Both the position numbers and the translations under genes were made by a program. A DNA stretch of 64,000 nt from an uncultured Pseudomonadales bacterium (lineage in GTDB: Bacteria > Patescibacteriota > Microgenomatia > UBA1400 > PJMF01). Numbering within the stretch: the stretch's first letter is position 1; every line of letters begins with the position of its first letter. The stretch is taken from positions 62,936 through 126,935 of the forward strand of contig CAZBEW010000001.1 in assembly GCA_964491115.1 (NCBI GenBank), given 5' to 3'. Under the pieces are notes generated by a model. That model was not told the DNA's origin. It searched no databases and worked only from the letters and a program-made list of their open reading frames with translations. Shown here piece after piece: positions 1 to 9,388 of the stretch.

Positions 1-198
1 GTTGGGCAAAGAGAATTTAACTTGAGTCGGATCTTGACCAGCCAACTTTAAGTTAACACTGGCAGCTCCAGCCGTGTTGTCCTTTAAGGTTTCAACATCT
101 GAAAACAATGCTTTTGATAGGCGCAATGCACCAAACACCATGGCTATTGTCAACAAAAGACCCAAGCCTAGTTTCTTAATTTTTTTATTTTTGCTCAT
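1..198 (-). CDS. TasA/CalY-like secreted protein with SipW-class signal peptide (5' part; runs off window)
   Basis: Not in ORF track. Manual translation from ATG at 198: MSKNKKIKKLGLGLLLTIAMVFGALRLSKALFSDVETLKDNTAGAASVNLKL. The A-LFSD-E...N...A motif is typical of SipW-cognate signal peptides; ATGA overlap with the upstream stop. Confidence 0.7.
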   Translation of the reverse strand, partial: MSKNKKIKKLGLGLLLTIAMVFGALRLSKALFSDVETLKDNTAGAASVNLKLAGQDPTQVKFSLPN

Positions 199-854
199 AG
201 ATTACCTTTCTTTGAGCTAATTAATACTTTTTCTTTTTTCTTTGATTTGGAAAATATTGATCGATAAATAAAAAATATTAATATTAAAAAAAAGATGAAG
301 ATCATCAAGCAAATAATTACAAATGTCTTGGGTTCTGACACCACTGGTGCAACAGTGGCTTGTGCTGGAAGAACTTGTGGATCTCCTTCTTCACTTTGAA
401 GACCTAGAACTTCCTGATTTTGAGGCTGACTAGTTTCTGTTTGTTGGCAATTAAGCTTAAAATTTAATAAAAAGTTTGTTTGAAATTCTTCTGCTACTTC
501 TGCTAAATAAAATTCAAGTCGATAGAGCTTAAAACTATCACCAGCAATAGTTAAAAGATTAATTTTTTCTTGAAAAAATACTTGTAAATTGTCATCAAAT
601 AGCAATTGGTTTTGCTGAAATATTTTGACAAATATTTTTGACCAGGGTTGTTCCCCAACTTCTTGCTTCGGGCTGGCTTCTAAACTCAGCTGACAGCTAT
701 CTTTTAAGTAATTATGAATTAATAAATAATAGTTGTATTGGGCAGGTATTTGCTGAGTTTTAATATTAATTCCAGGCAAAGACTCTTCAGCCAATTGGCA
801 CTGATCAGCAGCATTCAATCCGCAGTTGATAATTATTTGATGACCACTAGGCAT
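195..854 (-). CDS. hypothetical protein with C-terminal TM anchor and basic tail
   Basis: 219 aa ORF; Q/E-rich linker, hydrophobic helix, KSKKKEK tail; overlaps both neighbours (translational coupling). Confidence 0.7.
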   Translation of the reverse strand: MPSGHQIIINCGLNAADQCQLAEESLPGINIKTQQIPAQYNYYLLIHNYLKDSCQLSLEASPKQEVGEQPWSKIFVKIFQQNQLLFDDNLQVFFQEKINLLTIAGDSFKLYRLEFYLAEVAEEFQTNFLLNFKLNCQQTETSQPQNQEVLGLQSEEGDPQVLPAQATVAPVVSEPKTFVIICLMIFIFFLILIFFIYRSIFSKSKKKEKVLISSKKGNL

Positions 855-1849
855 TAAATCACCTCCAAATAAAAATTACTTGAATTGACACAACTTAAAT
901 CTTGAACATTAATGAGAATTTCTTCGCCAAAATTGGGCCAGAAATCTGTAATAGTCATTTGAGGAAAAAGGAAATGGTTTTTTTGTATTAATTGTTCACT
1001 CTTTTCTTGCCCACAAGTTAAAAACCAACGATGATTTTTAAACACTGTTTCAGTAATTGTTGAAAATATAAAAGTAAAACTCCCATCTACCTCCTCGATA
1101 AGACTGGGCTTAGTAATTTTTTGCGAAACAAATTGATAAATTGGCCAATCATTTTCTGCAATCCTGATCTTGCCTTGCTCAACATATGTTTCTGGATTTT
1201 GAACAAGTTGATTGTCTAGTAATAATTGATCACCAACCTGCCAGACAATGACTTGTGAACTAAGATTTCTTATATAAACAGAGCTTGGCTTATCCTGGTC
1301 TCCTAAATTTCCCGCATAAAAACGCAAATGTTTATTAGATAAATCATAGGCTCTTAAATCTAAAATAACTTTTTGCCACTGACCATCGCTTTGTTTTATA
1401 CTTTTGGCAAAAATTAATTCTTGCTTAGCTTCTCCCTCAATACTGATGTAAAAAACTGGCTCATCAAAAGCAGATAAGTCTTCGGCACTGTCAATAAAAT
1501 ATTCAAAGCTGATAGCAGGTGGAAAATCTTTGGCTAAATCTAGTGAATAAAAATCATCTATTTCAATGATTAAGTTAGGATCAAAATCTTCCTTGAGTAC
1601 ATAAGACTGATTTTCCCCTATTAAATAAAAATTGTCTTCTACTTTATTGCTTTGTCCATCAAGTCTGCTCTCCTCTTTTTTTTCGGAAAGTTGCAGCTGC
1701 TGCTTAATTTGATAATCCCCAGCTGACTTAAGTTGAATGATGTTGTTAGGAATTGTGAATTGTAATTCACGCGCATGAATAATATTGGGGAAAAGTAGAT
1801 AAAAAATAATTACTAGTAAGAGAAATATTAAACGACGCATTAAGTGCAT
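854..1849 (-). CDS. hypothetical exported protein
   Basis: 331 aa; N-terminal signal peptide (..PNIIHA-RE); first gene of an apparent operon. Confidence 0.7.
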   Translation of the reverse strand: MHLMRRLIFLLLVIIFYLLFPNIIHARELQFTIPNNIIQLKSAGDYQIKQQLQLSEKKEESRLDGQSNKVEDNFYLIGENQSYVLKEDFDPNLIIEIDDFYSLDLAKDFPPAISFEYFIDSAEDLSAFDEPVFYISIEGEAKQELIFAKSIKQSDGQWQKVILDLRAYDLSNKHLRFYAGNLGDQDKPSSVYIRNLSSQVIVWQVGDQLLLDNQLVQNPETYVEQGKIRIAENDWPIYQFVSQKITKPSLIEEVDGSFTFIFSTITETVFKNHRWFLTCGQEKSEQLIQKNHFLFPQMTITDFWPNFGEEILINVQDLSCVNSSNFYLEVI

Positions 1850-1881
1850 TATCTAAATAGAAAATGACAAACTTGCTCACA

Positions 1882-1910
1882 TTTACAAAGGCTTAAAAAA
1901 TTTGTATAAT
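1882..1910 (+). promoter_or_regulatory. sigma70 promoter of tRNA-Glu
   Basis: TTTACA-17 bp-TATAAT, 13 bp upstream of the tRNA. Confidence 0.7.
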
Positions 1911-1923
1911 CCAGAGGTAACTA

Positions 1924-1995
1924 GGCCCTATCGTCTAGCGGTTAGGACATCGGGTTCTCATCCCGGCAACTGGGGTTCGATTCCCCATAGGGTCA
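1924..1995 (+). tRNA. tRNA-Glu (CTC)
   Basis: Acceptor GGCCCTA/TAGGGTC; anticodon arm TCGGG-TT CTC AT-CCCGG; T loop GGTTCGATTCC; CCA not encoded. Confidence 0.95.
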
Positions 1996-2294
1996 CACTT
2001 TGTCCATTTGAGGCTTTAAAAACCTTAATTTGCTTGAATAAAACTGTCTTCTCACACGCTCTATATCGGTTTTTTTTGACATACTTTATCCCCTTGCCCC
2101 CTACTTGACTAGGGGTGTCCATGCACGCATCCACTGTTAGACTTACCACACTAGTGTTTATTTACAACAAAGCAAGCGTTGAGGGGGGAGCGTATCTTGA
2201 ATTGACAGGAAACCTTTGTGCATAGTGTTATTGTAGATAAAAAAATTTGAATAATTTATTTTACAATAACAAAAAGACTTAGATGTATATATTG

Positions 2295-2303
2295 TGTTAT
2301 AAT
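2295..2303 (+). promoter_or_regulatory. extended -10 promoter for the 2417 small ORF
   Basis: TGtTATAAT about 115 nt upstream of the ATG; -35 is poor. Confidence 0.55.
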
Positions 2304-2416
2304 AATATCGTTAATTAGGTTACTAAGGAAGAAAGCCTTCCTCAAAAGCGACTTAGTTATAAATTGCTTGCTTGACGGGATCGATCCAGAAGTTCTAAGA
2401 ACAAGGAGAAGATCAA

Positions 2417-2596
2417 ATGTCACGAGAAAGTGCTGAAAAACAGTGGAATAGGTTGGTGAGTGAGTTCAATCTCACCCGTGAAGAACAAACGCAAGTCCAT
2501 CGTCATCTGGCTAACAACTACAGCCTTGAAAAAGACTACATGTCCTATGAAGAGCTGAAGTCCGCTGCCAGCGAAGTAGTATTACGCATCCGTTAG
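2417..2596 (+). CDS. 59-aa small protein (possible stand-alone polymorphic-toxin C-terminal-like domain)
   Basis: Below the ORF-track cutoff. MSRESAEKQWNRLVSEFNLTREEQTQVHRHLANNYSLEKDYMSYEELKSAASEVVLRIR; SD AAGGAG at 2403-2408; promoter upstream and terminator downstream. Confidence 0.75.
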   Translation: MSRESAEKQWNRLVSEFNLTREEQTQVHRHLANNYSLEKDYMSYEELKSAASEVVLRIR

Positions 2597-2626
2597 GGAG
2601 AAATTCCTGTCGGCAAGCAAAAAAGT

Positions 2627-2654
2627 AGAGGACTAAGAAATTAGTCCTCTTTTT
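2627..2654 (+). terminator. intrinsic terminator
   Basis: 10-bp stem AGAGGACTAA/TTAGTCCTCT, GAAA loop, followed by a T tract; the 3' arm lies in the last codons of the convergent gene. Confidence 0.75.
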
Positions 2655-3063
2655 CTAAAATAAAACTTCCACCAGACGTGGTCAAAAAAGCTTCTTCAAT
2701 TTTGTTTAATGACCATCCATTATTTTCCATACTATTCAAAATAATTTTTAGTTCACAATTATCAAAAGTAAATAGTAGTTTATCGTCTACAACAGATACA
2801 TCTTGCAAAGACATACTCATCAATTTTTGAAGAAAATTATCAATCTCACTAAAACTGCTCCCAGCATCTAAGGATAAAGCACTACTTTTTAGCCACCAGT
2901 TATTTGAAACAGCTAGAGTGTAATCACCTGCTCCTTTATCATCAATTTTACCAAATTCAAAGAAGATAGAAGATCCATAACCTCTCCAAGCCCTACTTAT
3001 AGGTAGTTTTTTGAGAATACTAAAATGTTCAATAGCCTGATTTATTGAAATTTGTTTTTGCAT
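2641..3063 (-). CDS. hypothetical protein, immunity-protein-like
   Basis: 140 aa; W-x-GYGS-x-IF-x-EFG ... G-x-Y-TL ... W-x-L pattern; TAGAAT 6 nt before the ATG. Confidence 0.7.
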   Translation of the reverse strand: MQKQISINQAIEHFSILKKLPISRAWRGYGSSIFFEFGKIDDKGAGDYTLAVSNNWWLKSSALSLDAGSSFSEIDNFLQKLMSMSLQDVSVVDDKLLFTFDNCELKIILNSMENNGWSLNKIEEAFLTTSGGSFILEKED

Positions 3064-3303
3064 AATTATATTCTATCATTTCTTAATAATTTTTCACTTT
3101 GTTTGTTCATAACTTTCTCTTAAATTTTTAATTAAGTAAAAATTGATCAACTTTTTTATGATGTCTTTGGCCAATATTAGGTTTGGAGGAATTACTGAGC
3201 AATTTAATTCATCTGTAAATAATTGAGAAATTAATCATCCACTACTTCTTCCTCTACCAACTTTTCAGTTCACAAAATGTTTTAAGCATTGTATAAGTAA
3301 TTA

Positions 3304-3573
3304 ATGCGCCGCAAACCATTGCTTCTTGCAATTATTTCATCAGTTGGAATAGCTTTTCTGCTACCGCTATTAATAGTCAACCTACTGCATTTGATGAAAG
3401 TGCTTCCTCCGCAATCAACATCTGGAACAGCAATTCCTTTGCCCAATAATATTTTCTCGTTCATATTTGTTATGTACTTTCTCTTTCCCAGACCTTTTTT
3501 AATTCTAATTGTGATTTCAGCGTTGTTATATCAAAAATTAAAAGTGTATTTTAAAAAAGTTTTGGGTTCGTAA
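3304..3573 (+). CDS. small membrane protein
   Basis: 89 aa with 2-3 hydrophobic segments; -10-like TATAAG just upstream. Confidence 0.55.
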   Translation: MRRKPLLLAIISSVGIAFLLPLLIVNLLHLMKVLPPQSTSGTAIPLPNNIFSFIFVMYFLFPRPFLILIVISALLYQKLKVYFKKVLGS

Positions 3574-3672
3574 AATTGATAAAGAAAATTAAAAAGTCAC
3601 TTTTTATTATTAAATTTCTCAACAAATTCTTTTAATTGGAAACAAAACTAGTAAATTTTTCTCAGTAAAATT

Positions 3673-4881
3673 CTATTCGTATCTCAAGGCTTCAATTGGC
3701 GAAAGATTGGCCGCTCTTTTAGCCGGCGCTACGCCAAAAATTAAGCCAACGGCTGTTGATACTCCAAGAGCTAAAAGGACCGCTGTTAAGGTAATTTTAG
3801 CTGGAAAAATTGATTGGATGGCCCAAGTGCCAAGCACGGCTAAAGCCAAACCCATCAAACCCCCAAAAATAGAAAGTATTGATGCTTCAATTAAAAATTG
3901 TACTAAAATTTGATTAGGCGTCGCTCCTAAAGCCTTGCGCAAACCAATTTCTCTAGTGCGTTCTGAAACTGACACCAACATAATATTCATGATGCCAATC
4001 CCACCCACTAATAAGGAAATGGCGGCAATACCACCCAATGCCACAGTTAACATGGACAAGATATTATTAATCGTGTCTAATAATTGAGATTGATCAAAAA
4101 CGCTAAAGTCGTCTTCGTCTAAATTTTTTTCTAATTCTTTTTCAATTGCTTCAATTGCTGGTGGAATCAAACTTGGATCTTTAATTTTTACTGAAAACTC
4201 AGTTAAGTCTTGACTTTCATAAATTCGACTAACTAATGAGTAAGGAGCATACACACGGTTGTCAAAACCAGCTCCAGAAAAACCTTGACCTTGTTCGGCT
4301 GCCACTCCTACCACAGTAAACATTTGATTACCAATGCGTAATTTTCGAGAAACTGGATCAACACGATCAAATAATTCTTCAGCCACTCCATGACCCAAAA
4401 CCACAACTCTATCTCCAGATCTTTCTTCACTTTCATTAAAATAACGCCCACTAGCCATATTGACGGTAATCACTTCTGGATAATTCGCTAAAGTACCTAA
4501 AATAGTGACTCTCATCGTATTATTTAAAAATTTAGCCTCATCAATTCCCGAAGAATTATAAGCAACATCGTCTACATATTCTCTAAGTCTTTTGACTCGC
4601 TCAATATCCCGTAGTGTAAATTTTTTTTCTGAGAGAAAGCGATCCATGCTTCCTTGACCCACGCCACCTTCACTGTCAATCATTTGGCCTATTGATACAA
4701 AAACTGTGTTGGCACCTAAACTCTCAAATTGTTCGGAAACATAAGCTTGCAAACCATTGCCCAAACCGGTCAACATCACTACTGAAAAAACTCCAATAAT
4801 AATGCCTAGGGTTGTTAAAAAAGTTCGGCCCTTATTCACTAACAGAGCCTTAGTGGCAACTTTAAAAGTATTTAATAGCAT
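3673..4881 (-). CDS. MacB/FtsX-family ABC transporter permease
   Basis: RTFLTTLGIIIGV and GGIGIMNIMLVSVSERTREIGLRKALGA motifs; PIEALRYE C-terminus. Confidence 0.95.
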   Translation of the reverse strand: MLLNTFKVATKALLVNKGRTFLTTLGIIIGVFSVVMLTGLGNGLQAYVSEQFESLGANTVFVSIGQMIDSEGGVGQGSMDRFLSEKKFTLRDIERVKRLREYVDDVAYNSSGIDEAKFLNNTMRVTILGTLANYPEVITVNMASGRYFNESEERSGDRVVVLGHGVAEELFDRVDPVSRKLRIGNQMFTVVGVAAEQGQGFSGAGFDNRVYAPYSLVSRIYESQDLTEFSVKIKDPSLIPPAIEAIEKELEKNLDEDDFSVFDQSQLLDTINNILSMLTVALGGIAAISLLVGGIGIMNIMLVSVSERTREIGLRKALGATPNQILVQFLIEASILSIFGGLMGLALAVLGTWAIQSIFPAKITLTAVLLALGVSTAVGLIFGVAPAKRAANLSPIEALRYE

Positions 4882-5594
4882 TTTTTACCATCAGTTCGAC
4901 GATCTTTAACTATCTGACCGTCTTTAATAATAATTTCACGACTGGCAATTTTTGCTACACTTTGATCATGAGTAACCAAAATAATAGTTTTGCCTTCCTT
5001 ATTAAGTTGAATTAAGATTTTTTTTATTTCATCTCCAGCTTTTGAATCAAGATTACCGGTTGGTTCATCAGCAAAAATAATGCTCGGATTATTGACTAAA
5101 GCTCGAGCAATTGCCACTCGTTGTTGTTGTCCACCAGATAATTCTCCTGGCTTATTTGACAATCTATTACCTAAACCTAGTTTCTTAAGCATAATTGTCG
5201 CTCTTTCTTTTCTTTCTTCATCAGAAACTTTAGCATAAACCAGAGGTAATTCAACTTGTTCAAGAGCTGGAGTTTTGGCTAGTAAATTAAATTGCTGAAA
5301 AATAAAACCAATTTCTTTATTGCGCAAATGGGCTCGATCTACTTCATCATATTCGGTCACATTTTTTCCTCTTAGAAAAATTTCTCCATGTGTGGCTTGA
5401 GATAGCATGCTAGCTACTTGCAATAAAGTTGATTTGCCAGAGCCAGACGCCCCCATAATCACCACAAAATCTCCCTCACAAATGCTTAAGGATAATTTGT
5501 TTAAAGCTGGGATTTGTTGCTCACCTAAAGTATAAATTTTAGAAACTTCTTTCAACTCTAAGATGGCTGTGAGACTCTTTTTAGTTTTAGCCAT
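4872..5594 (-). CDS. ABC transporter ATP-binding protein (MacB/LolD type)
   Basis: Walker [33 protein letters not shown]. Confidence 0.95.
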   Translation of the reverse strand: MAKTKKSLTAILELKEVSKIYTLGEQQIPALNKLSLSICEGDFVVIMGASGSGKSTLLQVASMLSQATHGEIFLRGKNVTEYDEVDRAHLRNKEIGFIFQQFNLLAKTPALEQVELPLVYAKVSDEERKERATIMLKKLGLGNRLSNKPGELSGGQQQRVAIARALVNNPSIIFADEPTGNLDSKAGDEIKKILIQLNKEGKTIILVTHDQSVAKIASREIIIKDGQIVKDRRTDGKKCY

Positions 5595-5602
5595 AAGCAG
5601 GT

Positions 5603-6658
5603 CTAACTTTCAATAAGAATAATTTCGCCTTCTTCTAAACCCTCAATCACCTCGGCCATTTCATCATTTTCCAAACCTAGTTTAATTACTCTGTCTTCAG
5701 GAGTGACTTGATTTGGATTTTTAACCTTAACCATTGTTTGACCTTCTTGACTAAAGATGGCTTCTAAGGGAACTACTAAGACGTCACTTTTGCGGGCTAG
5801 CTCAATTTCGACATCTACATTCATGCCAATTCGATACTTATTCAAATCTTCAACTCCAGCCAGAGGTAACTCTAGTTGAAAAACTGTGCCAGTACTACCC
5901 GTCATGCTTTTAAAAGCAATGTAGTCTATTTGACTCATAATTTCTTCTTCTGCATAAGCATTAAAAATAATTTTAGCTGTTTGGCCTAGGGAAATTAATG
6001 GTAGATCAATTTCATCAATTTCGGCTTTAATTATTAAAGTTTTGGGATTAACTAATTCAAAAACGTCGCTGGGAGATAAAACCACTCCAGTCACAGGCGT
6101 CGGTGAGGATAGTAAAATGCCAGCAAAAGGGGCACTCATCACTCGACCATCAACAGCAACGCTTGTTAATTCTACATCTAGAACGCTATTATCCATGAGA
6201 TTTTGCTCTTTTTTTCGCGCTCGTTTTTCATCGTCATCTAAAACTTCGCCTTCGTCTTCCTTTAATTGAGCGTCCCAGTCTAATCGAGTATTTTCGTAGT
6301 AATTGAGGTTTTTCTCAAGATTTTTTTGTAAATCTCGAGTATCAATGGTGGCAATAGTTTGCCATTTATTTACCCAATCGCCTGTTTTTGCTCCCAAATA
6401 AACCAGCTTGCCACCACCCGCAAAATTTAAATTAACTCTTTCTTTAGCATCAAGATTTCCTGATAAAAGCATGGTTTGGCTGATATCTTGTCGAGTAAGC
6501 TGATGCTCGCTGAATTCAACTTCTTGCTTTTTAGCCCGATTCCAAAAAAATAATGCCACAATTATTAAAATTATTAATAGACCAAAGAATAATTTGCGTT
6601 TTTTACTTTTATCAGTGAAAAAGGTTTTAAACTTGTTTTTATTTTTGATATTTTTCAT
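5603..6658 (-). CDS. efflux membrane-fusion adaptor (MacA-like)
   Basis: N-terminal TM, coiled coil, SAPFAG hybrid motif, EVIEGLEEGE C-terminus; operon with the MacB-type genes. Confidence 0.9.
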   Translation of the reverse strand: MKNIKNKNKFKTFFTDKSKKRKLFFGLLIILIIVALFFWNRAKKQEVEFSEHQLTRQDISQTMLLSGNLDAKERVNLNFAGGGKLVYLGAKTGDWVNKWQTIATIDTRDLQKNLEKNLNYYENTRLDWDAQLKEDEGEVLDDDEKRARKKEQNLMDNSVLDVELTSVAVDGRVMSAPFAGILLSSPTPVTGVVLSPSDVFELVNPKTLIIKAEIDEIDLPLISLGQTAKIIFNAYAEEEIMSQIDYIAFKSMTGSTGTVFQLELPLAGVEDLNKYRIGMNVDVEIELARKSDVLVVPLEAIFSQEGQTMVKVKNPNQVTPEDRVIKLGLENDEMAEVIEGLEEGEIILIES

Positions 6659-6799
6659 TTTGTTAGCTTCTGTCCAATGCTATTTTATTTAAATTTATTA
6701 TAAAGCTTGTTTATAAAGGTTGCCTAGTCTAACAATAAAAAGCAAATTTTTCAATGATTGACTATTAAAACAGTAAAAATTTTGTTAGAATGATTTATT

Positions 6800-7327
6800 A
6801 TGATGAAAAAACTTAATTCTGTGCTTTACAACAAACGAATTAAAGAAATCGCTAAAAAAGGAGAAACTCTTCTTAAAGACTTACCTCATCTTCCTCAAGA
6901 CTGGGTAAAAAATATTGTTAAAGTATTGCCCATTTTAGTTCTAATTTTTGGCGTAGCATCTGTATTTTCTGGAGTTGAAAATTTATTATCCTATAGTCGT
7001 CGTAGTTTTCTCACAGAATGGATGGGAATTGGTCGATCTTATTATTATGTCAACGCTGCTTTTGCTGTTTTAATTGGTGCTCTTTACTTGATGTCCCATA
7101 AACTTATTAAAAATAAAGAATATGAGGGTTGGCTTTTACTATTTTGGACCGCTATTTTATCTGTAGCGCACAGCCTTGTTTTATTAATTTTGGGTTGGGG
7201 AGGCATATGGGGTTCCTTAATTTCTGCTACAATTACTTTCTATTTACTTTATGAAATTCGAGCTGAATTTATTTCTGCAAAAAGCCCTAAAGTTTCTGAA
7301 CCTAAATCTAAAAAAACTAAAAAATAA
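6800..7327 (+). CDS. hypothetical membrane protein (4 TM)
   Basis: 175 aa; LPHLP..WV..IVK..P motif then four hydrophobic helices. Confidence 0.8.
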   Translation: MMKKLNSVLYNKRIKEIAKKGETLLKDLPHLPQDWVKNIVKVLPILVLIFGVASVFSGVENLLSYSRRSFLTEWMGIGRSYYYVNAAFAVLIGALYLMSHKLIKNKEYEGWLLLFWTAILSVAHSLVLLILGWGGIWGSLISATITFYLLYEIRAEFISAKSPKVSEPKSKKTKK

Positions 7328-7333
7328 GCACAC

Positions 7334-8404
7334 ATGACTTACGAAGATATTGTTAAGCTTTTAGATGGAGAGGCCAAGTATCTATTGGCTCACCGCTGCA
7401 ATAATTTAGCGAAAGACTTGATTTATCAAGTTAATCCCAACCAAGTTCAAGAAGTTTTTGCGCAATCAAACCGTAATCAAAAGGTGTTAGATAATTTGCA
7501 AAAATTATATGCTCATGGTCGTTTGGCCAACACCGGCTATCTATCAATTTTGCCAGTCGATCAAGATATAGAACACAGCGCTAACTTTTCTTTTTATAAA
7601 AATCCACTATATTTTGATCCTGAAAATATAGTTAGATTAGCCCTTGAAGCAGGTAGCAGTGGGCTCGCTTCTAGCCTTGGTGCTTTAGCATTACTAAGTA
7701 AAAAATACGCAGATAAAATTCCCTTAATTGTTAAAATCAATCACAACGAACTCTTAACATATCCAAATAAATGGGATCAAGTTATTTTTACCAAAGTTAA
7801 ACAGGTTTATGAATTAGGAGCAGTGGCTGTCGGAGCCACCATTTATTTTGGCTCAGCTGAAAGCAATCGACAAATTGTTGAAATAGCTCAAGCCTTTGAT
7901 GAAGCTCATCGCCTAGGTATGGCTACTATTCTCTGGTGTTATCCACGTAACAGCGCCTGGGAAAGCAAGGATAATGATTATAATTCGAGTGCTGATATTA
8001 CCGCTCAAGCCAATCGCTTGGGAGTTACCATTGGGGCTGATATTATTAAACAAAAAATGCCCACAACTGATGGCGCTTTTCGTCATTTTAAATTTGCTAA
8101 ATATAATGACGAGATGTACGAGTCTCTCAGTACGGAAAATCCAATAGATATGCTTCGTTTACAAGTAATCAATTGTTATGCTGGCAGAATTCCTTTACTT
8201 AATTCTGGCGGTGAAAGTGATAGCGATGGTGATTTTAATAAGGATTTAAAAGATGCGGTTCGAAGCGCTGTCATTAATAAGCGAGCAGGCGGATCAGGAT
8301 TGATACTAGGCAGAAAAGCTTTTAAACGACCAATGGCTGAGGGAGTGCGTTTACTGCAAGCCGTTCAGGACGTTTATTTAAACGAGCAAATTACTATCGC
8401 TTAA
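7334..8404 (+). CDS. fbaB: class I fructose-bisphosphate aldolase (DhnA type)
   Basis: GRLANTGYLSILPVDQ, NPLYFDPENIV, ADIIKQK (Schiff-base Lys), INKRAGG. Confidence 0.95.
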   Translation: MTYEDIVKLLDGEAKYLLAHRCNNLAKDLIYQVNPNQVQEVFAQSNRNQKVLDNLQKLYAHGRLANTGYLSILPVDQDIEHSANFSFYKNPLYFDPENIVRLALEAGSSGLASSLGALALLSKKYADKIPLIVKINHNELLTYPNKWDQVIFTKVKQVYELGAVAVGATIYFGSAESNRQIVEIAQAFDEAHRLGMATILWCYPRNSAWESKDNDYNSSADITAQANRLGVTIGADIIKQKMPTTDGAFRHFKFAKYNDEMYESLSTENPIDMLRLQVINCYAGRIPLLNSGGESDSDGDFNKDLKDAVRSAVINKRAGGSGLILGRKAFKRPMAEGVRLLQAVQDVYLNEQITIA

Positions 8405-8433
8405 TTGCTTACCTCAGCGCTCGCCCATTTTAG

Positions 8434-9042
8434 TTAATTTTTTTCCAGAAACTCAAATAAAGCTTGCCAAGCTTTGGCCCGATGAGAAATCTTATTTTTG
8501 ACTACCATGCCCAATTGGGCAAAACTTAAATTATAAGCATCAGGAATAAAAATCGGATCATAGCCAAAACCTCCCTTTCCCTGAATTTTTGGCGCAATCT
8601 GACCAGTCACTTCTCCCGAGAAAAACAAGGGTTTATGCTTTTTGTAAGCATAGAGACACAGTATGGTTTGAAATTTTGCACGACGATTGGCTTGCTTCTC
8701 TAATTTTTTGAGCAAAGCGAGATTGCGCTCAAAATCACTGCCCTCAATCCAACGATTTGAATTCACTCCTGGAAAATTAGGATAAGTATCCAACAATAAG
8801 CCACTGTCGTCAGCGATACAAGGCAAATGACTAAAGCGATTAAAAGCTTGAGCTTTAATTAAGGCATTAGCTTGAAAAGATTTAGCGGATTCTTGAATAT
8901 CCAAATCTTTAGGAACTATTATTCCTAAATGCTCAAGGATTTCTTGATCCTTAACGCTTAACAACTGGTGTTTGCTGCTAAGAAAAATGTCTTTGGCTTC
9001 TGCAATTTTGCCCTGATTTGAACTGGCAAACAATATCTGCAT
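8434..9042 (-). CDS. rdgB: non-canonical purine NTP pyrophosphatase (RdgB/HAM1)
   Basis: ASSNQGK, ADDSGL, GFGYDPIF, KNKISHR. Confidence 0.95.
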   Translation of the reverse strand: MQILFASSNQGKIAEAKDIFLSSKHQLLSVKDQEILEHLGIIVPKDLDIQESAKSFQANALIKAQAFNRFSHLPCIADDSGLLLDTYPNFPGVNSNRWIEGSDFERNLALLKKLEKQANRRAKFQTILCLYAYKKHKPLFFSGEVTGQIAPKIQGKGGFGYDPIFIPDAYNLSFAQLGMVVKNKISHRAKAWQALFEFLEKN

Positions 9043-9048
9043 GAAAAT

Positions 9049-9336
9049 TTATCTGCCGAGCATCCCACCTAAACCACCAGTCATGCTTTGTAATTTTTTA
9101 GCTGCCACTTCTTGAGATTTTTTAATGGCTTTATTTAGAGCATTAACTAAATCAGCGCTGTGAATTCCTTGAACCGAAACATCTTTAATATTTTGATCGC
9201 CTGCAATTGTCACCACAATGTCCCCTTCTTCAACAACAATTTCTTCTGCTGCTAAATCTTGTTGCATTTGTTTGGCTTGCTTGCGCAATTTGTTAAGGTC
9301 TCCCAACTGGCCTAATAAACCTGCTTTGTCTGACAT
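9049..9336 (-). CDS. ybaB: YbaB/EbfC nucleoid-associated protein
   Basis: KQAKQMQQDL, MTGGLG C-terminus; directly downstream of dnaX (conserved synteny). Confidence 0.85.
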   Translation of the reverse strand: MSDKAGLLGQLGDLNKLRKQAKQMQQDLAAEEIVVEEGDIVVTIAGDQNIKDVSVQGIHSADLVNALNKAIKKSQEVAAKKLQSMTGGLGGMLGR

Positions 9337-9388
9337 AAACTCCTTTTTTACTAATTTTTACTAATAATAATAAATAATATTAACTGAA

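Noticed and set aside
2088-2117. C-tract/G-tract sequence resembling a second CsoR operator
   Set aside because: Lacks the ATAC/GTAT flanks and spacing of the 30190 site; better explained as a hairpin
1902-2149. ORF-track ORFs 1902..2108 (+) and 1958..2149 (-)
   Set aside because: Both overlap the tRNA-Glu gene and show no protein motif
3282-3464. 60-aa - strand ORF
   Set aside because: Antisense to the more plausible membrane-protein ORF 3304..3573
7090-7101. ATGTCCCATAA match to the sortase-regulon motif
   Set aside because: Mid-CDS (codons M-S-H-K), not near a promoter; likely chance
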